Assembly: GCA_016927065.1 (NCBI GenBank)
Contig: JAFGNJ010000028.1
Coordinates: 5,165 to 69,164, forward strand
DNA from: Deltaproteobacteria bacterium
GTDB lineage: Bacteria > Desulfobacterota > B13-G15 > RBG-16-54-18
DNA: 64,000 nucleotides
Direction of reading: 5' to 3'
Position 1 is the first letter of the stretch. Each line of letters begins with the position of its first letter. The notes under the pieces were generated by a model. That model was not told where the DNA came from. It made no database searches and was given only the letters and a program-made list of their open reading frames with translations. The translations under genes were made by a program, and so were the position numbers. Shown here piece by piece: positions 20,397 through 30,347 of this stretch.

Positions 20397-20756
20397 CTAA
20401 CGTCTCCGTATATCTGTTGCACAATAGCATATATGTTATCTTCGGGCAACGCATTATCGCTGCTGGCACGTGTGGATTGTGTATAGCACCCATTGAAAAG
20501 CGCCCTTTTAAGAGATATTGTTGGAGTAGTAGAGGAAGGTGTATCCTTTACTGTGAGTCAATGACAGGATGCATTTTTGTCCGTATTGTTGAAACCACCA
20601 ATCCTTTTACGATCATGACTTATATATATTATTGACACATTATTATTACTGTGCTACGTCTCTAAGCTCGTGGAAAGGCTTTACAATGAAAATAATTAAT
20701 ATGACTTCTGGTATTGAAGAACAATACAATCATCATTTTTATCGTAGTGAGAGCAG

Positions 20757-22133
20757 ATGACTAGAGATACGTGGACTCTTTCAAGCTGGCGAGATAAACC
20801 GATTTTACAGCAACCGGAGTATCCTCAGCAATCCGAGTTGCACGCGGTAGAATCTCAGTTGAAGGGTTTCCCTCCATTGGTATTTGTCGATGAAGTCCAA
20901 GCATTAAAGAAACAATTGGCACGTGTCGCAGAGGGGGAGGCCTTTCTCTTACAAGGAGGAGATTGCGCAGAGAGCTTTGCTGAGTTCAACGCAGTAAATA
21001 TCCAGGATACCTGCAAAGTGATTTTACAGATGGCGGTCATCCTCACCTTTGCAGGAAGCTGCCCCGTGATAAAGGTAGGACGCTTAGCCGGTCAGTTTGC
21101 AAAGCCTCGTTCTGCAGCAACGGAAATTATCGATGGCGTTGAATTGCCGAGTTATCGGGGAGATATGGTGAATGATATTGCGTTTAACGAATTTGCCCGA
21201 ACCCCTGAACCCCAGCGTCTCATCCAGGCCTACAACCAGTCCGCGGCAACCCTTAATTTGTTGCGGGCCTTTACGAAGGGAGGTTTGGCTGACCTTCACC
21301 AAGTGCATCAATGGAATCTTGCATTCGTTAAAGATAGTCCCTTAGGAGAGAAGTACCAGCATCTTGCTGACCGTATCGGTGAAGCGCTCGCCTTTATGGA
21401 GGCCTGCGGCGTATCCATACAAGATACCCCAACTATTAGGGAAACGACCATATATACCTCTCATGAAGCATTGTTATTGAATTATGAGGAGGCGCTCACG
21501 CGGCAAGATGATATAACAGGGGATTGGTATGATTGCTCAGCCCATTTGGTGTGGGTTGGAGAGAGGACCCGTCAATTGGACAAGGCCCATATAGAGTTTG
21601 CGAGGGGGATTAAGAATCCCATTGGTGTTAAAGCAGGGCCTACTATTGATTCGGATGAGTTATTGCGTTTAATTGATGTATTGAATCCCTTGAATGAACC
21701 AGGTCGTCTGATCATTATTGTCCGCATGGGATCTGATCTTATTGCAAAAAAATTACCGTCTTTGATTCGGAGCATTCAGCGTGAGGGACGCGCGGTGGTG
21801 TGGAGTAGCGACCCGATGCATAGCAACACGGTTACCACGTCTCACGGTATTAAGACCCGTTCTTTTGATAGCATATTGGCAGAGGTTCGAAACTTTTTTG
21901 AGATTCATGATGCCGAAGGAACATATGCCGGAGGCATTCATTGTGAGATGACCGGGCAAAACGTGACAGAATGTATTGGAGGGCCTCAAGCTATTACTGA
22001 AAAGGAATTGACCGAAAAGTATTTTACCCGTTGTGATCCCCGTCTGAATGCAAATCAAGCCTTGGAATTGGCATTTTTGATATCCGAATTTCTTAAAAAG
22101 GCCCGTGTCAAAAAAAAACCACAAGAAATCTGA
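20757..22133 (+). CDS. 3-deoxy-7-phosphoheptulonate (DAHP) synthase, class II
   Basis: Hallmark [11 protein letters not shown] block and about 460 aa length typical of plant/Mycobacterium-type AroA-II. Confidence 0.85.
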   Translation: MTRDTWTLSSWRDKPILQQPEYPQQSELHAVESQLKGFPPLVFVDEVQALKKQLARVAEGEAFLLQGGDCAESFAEFNAVNIQDTCKVILQMAVILTFAGSCPVIKVGRLAGQFAKPRSAATEIIDGVELPSYRGDMVNDIAFNEFARTPEPQRLIQAYNQSAATLNLLRAFTKGGLADLHQVHQWNLAFVKDSPLGEKYQHLADRIGEALAFMEACGVSIQDTPTIRETTIYTSHEALLLNYEEALTRQDDITGDWYDCSAHLVWVGERTRQLDKAHIEFARGIKNPIGVKAGPTIDSDELLRLIDVLNPLNEPGRLIIIVRMGSDLIAKKLPSLIRSIQREGRAVVWSSDPMHSNTVTTSHGIKTRSFDSILAEVRNFFEIHDAEGTYAGGIHCEMTGQNVTECIGGPQAITEKELTEKYFTRCDPRLNANQALELAFLISEFLKKARVKKKPQEI

Positions 22134-22264
22134 ATGATGAGTGCGCGGCGAAAAATATCCTTCCTTTAAAAGTTCATATCTTAAAAAGAAGAGTAGAAAA
22201 AAAGAATTGTATATTTCTGTAATCTGAATTGTTCAAAGTAGGCGCGCACCAAGTTTCACTTTAC

Positions 22265-22291
22265 CACTTTAAGGGGGACTTATAATTTTTC
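22265..22291 (+). promoter_or_regulatory. Possible promoter of the RRM gene (perfect TATAAT -10)
   Basis: TATAAT at 22286..22291 with a weak -35 (TTTACC) 15 nt upstream. It would give a 5' leader of about 180 nt. Confidence 0.2.
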
Positions 22292-22477
22292 CTATGATAT
22301 CAAAAGCTTATCATTTTTTATCGTTATATTTGTGAAGGCGGACGTGTCTTATAAATAGATCGTTTTTTAAAAGTTGATTAAATGCCCAAAAGATGTTAGT
22401 TCTATAACAGTTTTATAATCTAATACGATAGGCCATAAAGGCAAGGGTAGTTTATAATTGAATAAAAGGAGGGCGAC

Positions 22478-22837
22478 ATCAGCAACAAGATTTTTGTTGG
22501 GAATTTGAGCTACGATACGACGCAAGAAGAGCTCGACAGACTTTTTTCAGAAGTGGGTCACGTGGCAGAAGTTTTTCTGCCAATCGACCGCATCACCGGT
22601 CGCGCACGGGGATTTGCTTTCGTCGATTTCGCCGAGGAGGCGGCTGCCGCTGAGGCTATCGAGAGGTTCGACAGCTACCAGTTGAACGGGAGGAATCTTC
22701 GTGTGAGTCAAGCAGAGGAGCGGCAACGCCGTTCAACGAATTATGCTGGTGCCAAGCCATCCACACGGCGCGGGGCACGGGGATCGAAACCGAAAGGCAG
22801 TCGCCGCAACCTTCGAGCCAAGAAGCGCGGATTCTGA
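22478..22837 (+). CDS. RNA-binding protein with a single RRM domain and Arg/Lys-rich tail, apparent non-ATG start
   Basis: RNP2 KIFVGNLSY and RNP1 RGFAFVDF. Shine-Dalgarno AAGGAGG 22465..22471. In-frame TAA at 22463 leaves only ATC (22478), ATT (22490) or TTG (22505) as initiators. Starting at TTG would delete RNP2. Confidence 0.65.
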   Translation: MSNKIFVGNLSYDTTQEELDRLFSEVGHVAEVFLPIDRITGRARGFAFVDFAEEAAAAEAIERFDSYQLNGRNLRVSQAEERQRRSTNYAGAKPSTRRGARGSKPKGSRRNLRAKKRGF

Positions 22838-23014
22838 TTACATCGCAGACCAACGATGGACCGCGGATGTCTATTTAGTGGGCTCGGAATGAGAAGTGAG
22901 ACGTACGCAACGTCGTGAGACTGTCCGTCTCTTGCTTTCCGTGAAGAATTTCTCATTTTTTATTAGATGAGATCAGGCTCTTACTGGATAAAACAACCGC
23001 AGAGGGATGTTCCT

Positions 23015-24424
23015 CTACGTTTTTTCCATTTCTTTTGGTACGTTATTATATGTATGAAATCCACGTTTTTTACGGTGTTTTAATAATATTTTAAAGGTCA
23101 ACATAAAAGCGGTTTTAACCACATACGGGAGACTTATCAAGCGTGCAGCGATTATCTTCTTTGCTATTCTTGCTATAGTAGGAATATTATAGTAGCTTCT
23201 CCCTATACGGTGTCTAATATTCCTCAACCTTTTTACGGGGTACTCCTCAGAACAGACGATATTGTCCTCATTCGCATAATAGCCGGGGGATGTGGCAATG
23301 AACTCATTGAGCGGTGAATATTTTTCTGTCCGCAAGAGGCTGAGATTGATCGTGTCCAGTTTAAGTCTTTGAGCAAAAGGGGCAATCTCCAGCATGTCTG
23401 ACTCAGTCTCCCCTATACAGCCGACAATAAAATAGCCATGAATATAAAGCTTTGTCTTTTTGATCTCAGCAAATGCCTTAGCAGCTAAGGATGTATTAAA
23501 CCCTTTTTGCATTGATTTTAGGGTCTTGTCTTTAGCCGATTCAATCCCAATAGTTAATATCTTAAGGCCGGCCTTAAACATTTTTTCTAATATCTCTGGA
23601 TACTTATAAATCTCAAGCCTCACGGCGACTGCAAATGTCTTTTTAATGCCTTCGGCAATAATTAAGTCACAAATCTCCTCGACCCTCTTTATGTCCGCAG
23701 CAAAATTGTCATCTACAACAAATACAAACTGAGCATCAATGGTTTTCAGTTCCTCAACCACGGAGACAGCTGATCTCCCACTCCATCTTCTTTTCTGACC
23801 TAAGGGATTATTGGTAAACGTACAGAATCGACAATTATATGGGCACCCTCTGGAAGTTGAAATGAAATCTACTCCTTGACCTAAGTCTATGTTTTTATAT
23901 GACAGTCTATACTTAACCCGTCTCAACCCTCTATTAGGATACATGGTATCATCCACCGATTGCAGGTCACGGATCTTATTATGCTTAATCGTGCCATTTT
24001 CACGGTAAGAAATACTGGTGATGTCCTTGAGGGAGATCCCTGAAGCTATATCCCGAATAATCTCTTCTCCATCCCCGCGAACGATTATATCGATATGAGG
24101 AGCTGCAACAAAAAGTTCTTCAACTGAAGTCGTAGCATATCTTCCTCCTACAACGACCTTAATATGAGAAGGAATTTGAGAGATAATATTTATAGCAGCA
24201 TCTCGTTGGTAATCCCAGTTTACCGACAGACAGACCAAGTCTATTGGGTCATCTTCAATAAAAGCATTTAGATTCGGCTCAAACCTCATATCAACGAGGG
24301 TAACCTTTTCAACCGAATCCTCTAGGACAGTAGCGATATATTCCAATCCAAGAGGGGGACAGTATTTTTTCTCGGGGTTGCCTTTTTGATGGGGATAAAC
24401 ACATAATGCATTCTTATACAGCAT
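23015..24424 (-). CDS. B12-binding-domain radical SAM enzyme (cobalamin-dependent rSAM)
   Basis: N-terminal B12-binding Rossmann region (VCLSVNWDYQ..., VVVGGRYAT). Radical SAM cluster motif CPYNCRFC. About 38% GC. Confidence 0.7.
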   Translation of the reverse strand: MLYKNALCVYPHQKGNPEKKYCPPLGLEYIATVLEDSVEKVTLVDMRFEPNLNAFIEDDPIDLVCLSVNWDYQRDAAINIISQIPSHIKVVVGGRYATTSVEELFVAAPHIDIIVRGDGEEIIRDIASGISLKDITSISYRENGTIKHNKIRDLQSVDDTMYPNRGLRRVKYRLSYKNIDLGQGVDFISTSRGCPYNCRFCTFTNNPLGQKRRWSGRSAVSVVEELKTIDAQFVFVVDDNFAADIKRVEEICDLIIAEGIKKTFAVAVRLEIYKYPEILEKMFKAGLKILTIGIESAKDKTLKSMQKGFNTSLAAKAFAEIKKTKLYIHGYFIVGCIGETESDMLEIAPFAQRLKLDTINLSLLRTEKYSPLNEFIATSPGYYANEDNIVCSEEYPVKRLRNIRHRIGRSYYNIPTIARIAKKIIAARLISLPYVVKTAFMLTFKILLKHRKKRGFHTYNNVPKEMEKT

Positions 24425-24773
24425 TTTCTGAAATACCTCTCGATTGATATAGGTTAAACTTTTTAAGATGTAATAAGATAACAGCTCCCATCTTAAATTT
24501 TCTTATTCTTTTCGAATGATAGATTTAAGGAAGTAAAGGATTGTGTTTAGAACATATTTTACATCATATTCCTTAACCTATCTTATTTGTTTCTAGTATA
24601 ATCTAATGAAGATTAAAAGTCGATTAAAAAAGTATTAAAAAAGGCTAAATCAAAAAAATTTTCACAAAAACATGGAGGTTATTCTTAATTTGACACCCCT
24701 CAATTACTTTTCTTTTGCGAGGGAAGGAATTGTTGCGATACTAACCAGTCGGCCGTTCTAAGGCCTCTAACAT

Positions 24774-24901
24774 CTAACACCGTTCACGCATCTTTGCGAT
24801 GATATCCTTAGGCAGCGGCGGGAAGTGAGGCTTTCTTTGCTCATCACATCGTGGGGTGCAACCAAAACATAACCCTCACCTATATCACTACATTCACTCA
24901 T
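24774..24901 (-). pseudogene. Degenerate relic of the purC 3' end (encodes a PurC C-terminus-like peptide)
   Basis: Minus-strand translation ...YVLVAPHCDEQRKPHFPPLPKDIIAKMRERC* aligns with the PurC C-terminus ...[31 protein letters not shown]. About 73% nucleotide identity to 26524..26590, including an exact 12-mer GGCAGCGGCGGG. Confidence 0.6.
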
Positions 24902-24961
24902 CTTTACAACCTCCTTCGGATACCTTATAATTCCAAAGGACAATACTCCTATGGAGCCTAT

Positions 24962-26479
24962 ATGATACTATCGCCAGTTTTTGATAATGAACGATATATC
25001 AAAGAACAGACCACTGAAATTTTGAAACGGGTAAAGCAGTTTAATAACAAACTCTACCTGGAATTCGGAGGTAAGCTTCTTTATGATTATCACGCCGCAC
25101 GGGTCTTGCCGGGTTATGAACCGAATATAAAGATGCGTCTGTTACAGCAGTTGAAGGACCAAGCCGACATCCTGCTGTGTATTTATGCCGGTGATATTGA
25201 ACGCAAAAAGATCAGGGCGGATTTCGGAATCACCTATGACTCTGATGCCCTCAAGATCATCGATGATCTGCGGGAGTGGGGGCTAAATGTACTCGGTGTG
25301 ATCATCACCCGCTATGATAATCAACCTGCCGCCAATGTTTTTAAAAACAAGCTGGAACGGAGAGGTGTTCCCGTCTTTACCCATCGTTTCACCAAAGGGT
25401 ATCCCACCGATGTCGATCTCATCGTGAGTGATGAAGGTTATGGGGCCAATGAGTATATTCAAACACAAAATCCCCTTGTGATTGTCACCGGTCCGGGGCC
25501 TGGTAGCGGAAAATTGGCCACGTGTTTATCACAGTGTTACCATGAATATAAAAGGGGTACAAAATCGGGGTATGCTAAATTTGAGACCTTCCCTATCTGG
25601 AATGTACCTCTCAATCATCCGATCAATGTAGCCTATGAAGCAGCCACCGCAGACATTGGGGACTTTAATTTAATCGACCCCTTTCATCTGGAGGCCTATG
25701 AAAAGAAGGCGGTAAATTACAACCGTGACGTCGAGGTCTTCCCGGTTCTGAAGAGGATTTTGACAAAGATTACCGGCAATGAGGCATTTTACCGGTCTCC
25801 CACGGATATGGGGGTCAATCGGGCCGGTTTTGCCATAATCGATGATCAAGCGGCCCGGGAAGCGGCCAAACAGGAGATCATCAGACGGTATTTTCGATAC
25901 CAATGCGAATATCGGATGGGTTTTGCCAGCAAGGAGACGGTGCAGAGGGTCGAGCTCTTTATGAAGGATTTTAACCTGAGCCCCGAATCCAGACCCGTTG
26001 TTGAGCCGGCACGTCAGGCAGCCCTTGATGCGCAACAGCATGACAAGGGGAATGAAGGCATCTACTGCGGCGCAGCCATCCAGTTAAAGGATGGTACGAT
26101 TATCACGGGCAACAATTCCTCGCGCATGCACGCCGCCTCAAGCCTAGTCATACATGCGATAAAACATTTGGCAGAAATACCAGAGAAGATAAAGTTGTTA
26201 CCCCCTTTCATCACGGATTCTGTGGGGAAATTGAAGATGGAAATCATGCAAGAAAAGGCCCTGAGCCTTGACTTGGAAGAGGCCCTGATCGCCCTCAGCA
26301 TCAGCGCCACCACAAATTCGGCGGCCCAATTGGCCCTCGAACAGTTGACGGAGCTTCAGGGGTGCGAAGTCCACATGACCCACATACCCACACCGGGTGA
26401 CGAGGCCGGTTTGCGGCGCCTCGGCGTCAACCTGACCAGCGATTCACAATTTGCAACCAACAACCTTTTTATCTCCTGA
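24962..26479 (+). CDS. DUF1846 / UPF0371-family protein (about 505 aa, function unknown)
   Basis: From my recollection of the family, the size and the N-terminal region ([21 protein letters not shown]...[32 protein letters not shown]) fit. Start chosen at ATG 24962 (MILSPVF...). The 3' end overlaps purC convergently by 11 nt. Confidence 0.5.
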   Translation: MILSPVFDNERYIKEQTTEILKRVKQFNNKLYLEFGGKLLYDYHAARVLPGYEPNIKMRLLQQLKDQADILLCIYAGDIERKKIRADFGITYDSDALKIIDDLREWGLNVLGVIITRYDNQPAANVFKNKLERRGVPVFTHRFTKGYPTDVDLIVSDEGYGANEYIQTQNPLVIVTGPGPGSGKLATCLSQCYHEYKRGTKSGYAKFETFPIWNVPLNHPINVAYEAATADIGDFNLIDPFHLEAYEKKAVNYNRDVEVFPVLKRILTKITGNEAFYRSPTDMGVNRAGFAIIDDQAAREAAKQEIIRRYFRYQCEYRMGFASKETVQRVELFMKDFNLSPESRPVVEPARQAALDAQQHDKGNEGIYCGAAIQLKDGTIITGNNSSRMHAASSLVIHAIKHLAEIPEKIKLLPPFITDSVGKLKMEIMQEKALSLDLEEALIALSISATTNSAAQLALEQLTELQGCEVHMTHIPTPGDEAGLRRLGVNLTSDSQFATNNLFIS

Positions 26480-27365
26480 GATCCCCATCGATTAATCTCC
26501 GGAGAGCCTCTTCGTATCGTTCTCGTGTCTTTTCAATGATCTCCTCCGGCAGCGGCGGGGGAGGGGGGCTTTTGTCCCAATCGAGGGTAAGAAGGTAATC
26601 TCGCAGGAATTGTTTATCGAAGGCGTGTTGCGGTCTCCCGGGCTTGTATTCCTCGGCAGGCCAGAAGCGGGAGGAATCGGGGGTAAGGAGCTCGTCGATG
26701 AGGATGACTTTGCCGTCCAGTAGCCCAAACTCCATCTTTGTGTCGGCAATGATGATCCCCTTGGCCTCAGCCATGCGGCGAGCACGCTCGTAGATGGCGA
26801 GCGTAGTCTCACGCAGTCGTTCGCTTAGATCTTTTCCTATTCGATCCACCATCTCAGTAAAGGTGATGTTGATGTCGTGGTCTCCCACCTCCTCCTTGGT
26901 GGCGGGGGTGAAGATAGGTTCGGGGATCTTCGACGATTCAACCAGCCCTGTGGGGAGTTTGATTCCACATATTTTTCCGCTCTCCTGGTATTCCTGCCAC
27001 CCTGACCCTGCCAGATACCCCCTGGCCACACACTCGATGGGGACGGGATCGGTACGCTGCACGAGCATACTCCTCCCCTCCAATTCTGCTGCATACGTGC
27101 CGCACGGTGAGGGATAGTCCCCGACTCGGGTGGAGATTAAGTGGTTAGGTACTACTTCCTCCATCGACCGAAACCAAGCTGTCGAGATTTCGGTTAGGAT
27201 CCTTCCTTTCCCTGGTATGGGATCGGCCATGATCACGTCGAAGGCCGACACCCGATCAGTAGCCACGATGAGGAGCTTATCCTGCAGCTCGTAGACATCG
27301 CGCACCTTGCCCCGCTTAAAGAGGGTGAGATCGGGGAAATCGGTCTCGTAGATTGTCTTTTCCAT
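26469..27365 (-). CDS. purC: Phosphoribosylaminoimidazole-succinocarboxamide (SAICAR) synthase, long form
   Basis: [18 protein letters not shown] and [14 protein letters not shown] blocks. About 298 aa. Confidence 0.92.
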   Translation of the reverse strand: MEKTIYETDFPDLTLFKRGKVRDVYELQDKLLIVATDRVSAFDVIMADPIPGKGRILTEISTAWFRSMEEVVPNHLISTRVGDYPSPCGTYAAELEGRSMLVQRTDPVPIECVARGYLAGSGWQEYQESGKICGIKLPTGLVESSKIPEPIFTPATKEEVGDHDINITFTEMVDRIGKDLSERLRETTLAIYERARRMAEAKGIIIADTKMEFGLLDGKVILIDELLTPDSSRFWPAEEYKPGRPQHAFDKQFLRDYLLTLDWDKSPPPPPLPEEIIEKTRERYEEALRRLIDGDLRR

Positions 27366-28624
27366 CAGGAATCACCTCCTATTGTGGGTACGGTTATGGT
27401 CCCGTTCATGAGAAAGACTACCCGGGCATGGGGGCCTTTCTCCTTGATTGCTGCGCTCAGGGCCCCTTGTAGGTCGGGATATGGCCTGATAAAGGCCTGC
27501 TCCAAGATCTTGGGATCGAGGTCCGTCACCCCCCACATCTGTGCCCTCATGGCAAGATCGGCGATCTTGGCAGCCTTATGATCTCCAAGGCAGTAGGATT
27601 TCTCAATGAGCTTGAATACCTCCTCAGGGTCTGCGGCCCTGCACAAGAGCCGATAAAATCCCTTGTTCCCGACACCCTTGGGGCATTGGGAGACCAGGAT
27701 TATAATACCCCCCTCTTTAAGGATCAACCTACCGTGCTCTATGGCCTTGTGGGACTGGTAGAGATCGATGTCCATAGGGGCATGGGCAACAGTCACCACA
27801 ATATCGGCCCGTTCGTGGACCTTTACGGAGAAGACTTCACGGGCCTTCTGCATTGCTGCGGCGAAGGTTCCCTCCAGGGAGCCGGCAGAGGCGGCGCAGA
27901 TGCGGTGGAATTGATCCAGCACTACCTGAAAGGAGTAAATCTCTTTTTCCTCAAGGGCCCCCATGGCCTCGGCCAGATCCTCGTGTACGGGATTGCCTTC
28001 CAAAACTAGGGGAGATGCTCCTTCCTCCAGGGCCAAGCGGTGGTTGTGTTCTATGGTCGAAAAAGCAGCAGCACCCGGGAAAAATGATTTTCTCCCCCCG
28101 GTATACCCCGCGAAGTAGTGGGGCTCTACCGATGAGATAGCCACGATCTTGGGTGCCTCGACTACCCTGCGACTGAGGGCAAGGGGTGTGCCTCGTGGGG
28201 TAATTCCGAGATGGACCATTTTGGATTCTGCCTGGGCATCGTGGATCGATATCACCTTCTGAAATCGTTCAAACATGGGGCCGAAGATCATCTTACACTC
28301 TGCGGGAGTAGGGGGGGTGTGAGCGCCGGTGGCCACGAGGAAATGCACAGGTCTGCCACCTTCTATTTCTCCCGCCAGGTGATCGAGGATGCGCGCCGTG
28401 GGGGTAGGGCGGGTTGCGTCATTGACCACAAAGAGGACTTCTGGGCTATCGGCCAAAAAATCTTCCAGAGGTCCAGCGCCAATAGGGTTGGTTATGGCCT
28501 CCTGAAGGATTGTGTGCTCATCTCGTTTGGGGACTTCATTGGGGAAGCGGACCCCCACCAGGTGCTCCTCAGGGCAATCGATTGTTTCAGAGCCATGCCC
28601 ATACGGTATCTTGATCTCCATCAT
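27365..28624 (-). CDS. LarA-family protein (nickel-pincer-dependent lactate/2-hydroxyacid racemase homologue, DUF2088 N-domain)
   Basis: About 420 aa with the N-terminal DUF2088-like region and the domain order of LarA. Its stop overlaps the purC start and its start overlaps the upstream ATPase stop. Confidence 0.55.
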   Translation of the reverse strand: MMEIKIPYGHGSETIDCPEEHLVGVRFPNEVPKRDEHTILQEAITNPIGAGPLEDFLADSPEVLFVVNDATRPTPTARILDHLAGEIEGGRPVHFLVATGAHTPPTPAECKMIFGPMFERFQKVISIHDAQAESKMVHLGITPRGTPLALSRRVVEAPKIVAISSVEPHYFAGYTGGRKSFFPGAAAFSTIEHNHRLALEEGASPLVLEGNPVHEDLAEAMGALEEKEIYSFQVVLDQFHRICAASAGSLEGTFAAAMQKAREVFSVKVHERADIVVTVAHAPMDIDLYQSHKAIEHGRLILKEGGIIILVSQCPKGVGNKGFYRLLCRAADPEEVFKLIEKSYCLGDHKAAKIADLAMRAQMWGVTDLDPKILEQAFIRPYPDLQGALSAAIKEKGPHARVVFLMNGTITVPTIGGDS

Positions 28625-30324
28625 TTCACCTGGAGGGTGCGCATGCGGTTGATGGCCCCGGCCACCTCACAGGGCCTGGGCATGGTGAGATCCCCTACTG
28701 TATAAGGAAGGAGGCAGTCGAGCCCTCGCTCCTCGATATCCCGCATCACCAGCTCCATTCCCTCCTTCAGGGATGTGGATTGCTCCAGATAGTGCTCGGC
28801 ATAGTAGTGAATCATGAGGCCGATGGCCCTGGTCTGGCTCCTATCGACCAGCTGCTCCAGGTACGAGAGGTCGATGGCGGTAGTCCCATAGAGGATGGTC
28901 TTGAGCCCCTTGGCGTCTATCTTGACTTCCCGCTTGCCCCGGCTGGGATTAAACCCCCCTCTCAATGGGCGGCGTGGGGTGACCTCGCCGAAGCCATCCC
29001 CTCCCTCGTCGGCCCGGCAACTGGCGTGCTTCTGGGCGATCTCTCTGGCCTGCTCGGTGACGCAGTGGGGTCGGTAGCTGTCCATCATGATAACGGTGTC
29101 CGCCACATCGAAGTAGTCGCCCGCCCCCCCCATGACCAGGATAGTGGAGACCCCCGCATCGGCGCAGAGCGGGCGTACCTTATCCACAAAAGGGGTGATG
29201 GGCTCCTTTGCCTTGGCCACCAGCTCCTGCATCCGCGCATCCCGCACCATGAAGTTGGTGGCCGAGGTATCCTCATCGATCAAGAGGACCCGGGCCCCCA
29301 TCTCCAGGGCCTCCATGATGTTGGTTGCCTGCGAGGTGCTGCCGCTGGCGTCGTCGCTGGAAAACCTGACCGTGTCCTTGCCGAAGGGGAGGTTGGTGAT
29401 GAAGGGACTGATGTTCACCTTTTCGATCCGGCGGCCGTCCTCCGCCCTGATCTTCACCGCCGCCCCGTCGGTCACCACGTATTCCCTCCCATCCCCGGGG
29501 ACGTGGTTGTACACCCCCCGCTCGACGGCGTCGAGCAGGGTGGACTTGCCGTGGAATCCGCCCCCCACGATGAGGGTCACCCCCTGGGGGATCCCCATCC
29601 CCCGGATACTGCCCCGATGGGGGGGCTCCAGCTCCACCTCGAGCTCAGGGGGTCCTTGGAAGGGGACGGCCCCTGAGCCTAAGGGCCTCTCATCCACCCC
29701 GCTGCTGCGGGGGAGAATAGACCCGTCGGCCACAAAGGCCACCAATCCCTTATCCTTTAAAAGCCCCCTCATGGCATCTTGATCCTCTGCCACTGCGACG
29801 TGTTGTCCGATCTCTTGGGGATCGATCCGCCGGTACACGAGGGATTCCTCCACGATCCGGGGGATATCCTCAAAGAAGACTCCCAGGGCCTCCTTTCCCA
29901 AGATGGTCCGGCCCGCCGCGGGGAGCCCGACCACAAAACGGACCTCCAGATCCTCCCTATCAATAACCACCGCGGTGCGCTCCAGGATCTCCTGTTCTCC
30001 CCTGTCGATCGCCACCAGACCGCTCTTCCCCATGCCGCGATTACCCTTGGCCCAGCGGCGAATGGCCCCATGAAAGCGCCGGGCCAGATAGTCGCACAAG
30101 GCGATTCGGCGCACGCGATTGCTCCAAAGGTCCCGGGGAAATTCGGTCTTGTCTAGAGGGAGCCGCACCCGCACCCGCGAGGGCGCGGCAAAGGGGTCCC
30201 CCTGGACGTGGTCGATGATCAGGGTATAGGGGCCGAACGCATACTGGCCTTTGATATCTTTGTAGGCCTTATACCCCCTGCCGTCGATGCGGTTGATGGT
30301 CCTTTTGAGATCTTCCGAGGTCAT
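28621..30324 (-). CDS. ABC-class ATPase domain protein (COG3044-type predicted ATPase, about 567 aa)
   Basis: Walker A GGGFHGKST, and LLIDEDTSATNFM (Walker B / D-loop-like) within an ABC_ATPase-type architecture. Confidence 0.55.
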   Translation of the reverse strand: MTSEDLKRTINRIDGRGYKAYKDIKGQYAFGPYTLIIDHVQGDPFAAPSRVRVRLPLDKTEFPRDLWSNRVRRIALCDYLARRFHGAIRRWAKGNRGMGKSGLVAIDRGEQEILERTAVVIDREDLEVRFVVGLPAAGRTILGKEALGVFFEDIPRIVEESLVYRRIDPQEIGQHVAVAEDQDAMRGLLKDKGLVAFVADGSILPRSSGVDERPLGSGAVPFQGPPELEVELEPPHRGSIRGMGIPQGVTLIVGGGFHGKSTLLDAVERGVYNHVPGDGREYVVTDGAAVKIRAEDGRRIEKVNISPFITNLPFGKDTVRFSSDDASGSTSQATNIMEALEMGARVLLIDEDTSATNFMVRDARMQELVAKAKEPITPFVDKVRPLCADAGVSTILVMGGAGDYFDVADTVIMMDSYRPHCVTEQAREIAQKHASCRADEGGDGFGEVTPRRPLRGGFNPSRGKREVKIDAKGLKTILYGTTAIDLSYLEQLVDRSQTRAIGLMIHYYAEHYLEQSTSLKEGMELVMRDIEERGLDCLLPYTVGDLTMPRPCEVAGAINRMRTLQVK

Positions 30325-30347
30325 CCCTTACCGTATATTTAAAGGGT

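Noticed and set aside
20468-20490. Sigma-54-like TGGCAC box upstream of the DAHP synthase gene
   Set aside because: TGGCACGTGTGGATTG has the -24 GG but no correctly spaced -12 GC (TTGC). It lies about 270 nt from the start codon.
20417-20635. 72-aa ORF in the MFS/DAHP-synthase intergenic region
   Set aside because: No RBS, Cys/Ile-rich nonsense composition, and it sits in a divergent promoter region. Likely spurious.
24425-24961. Precursor-peptide or B12-riboswitch candidates in the rSAM/DUF1846 spacer
   Set aside because: Only 10-31-aa ORFs without ribosome-binding sites were found. No B12-box-like GCCACUG element on either strand here or upstream of the corrinoid operon (39645..39840).
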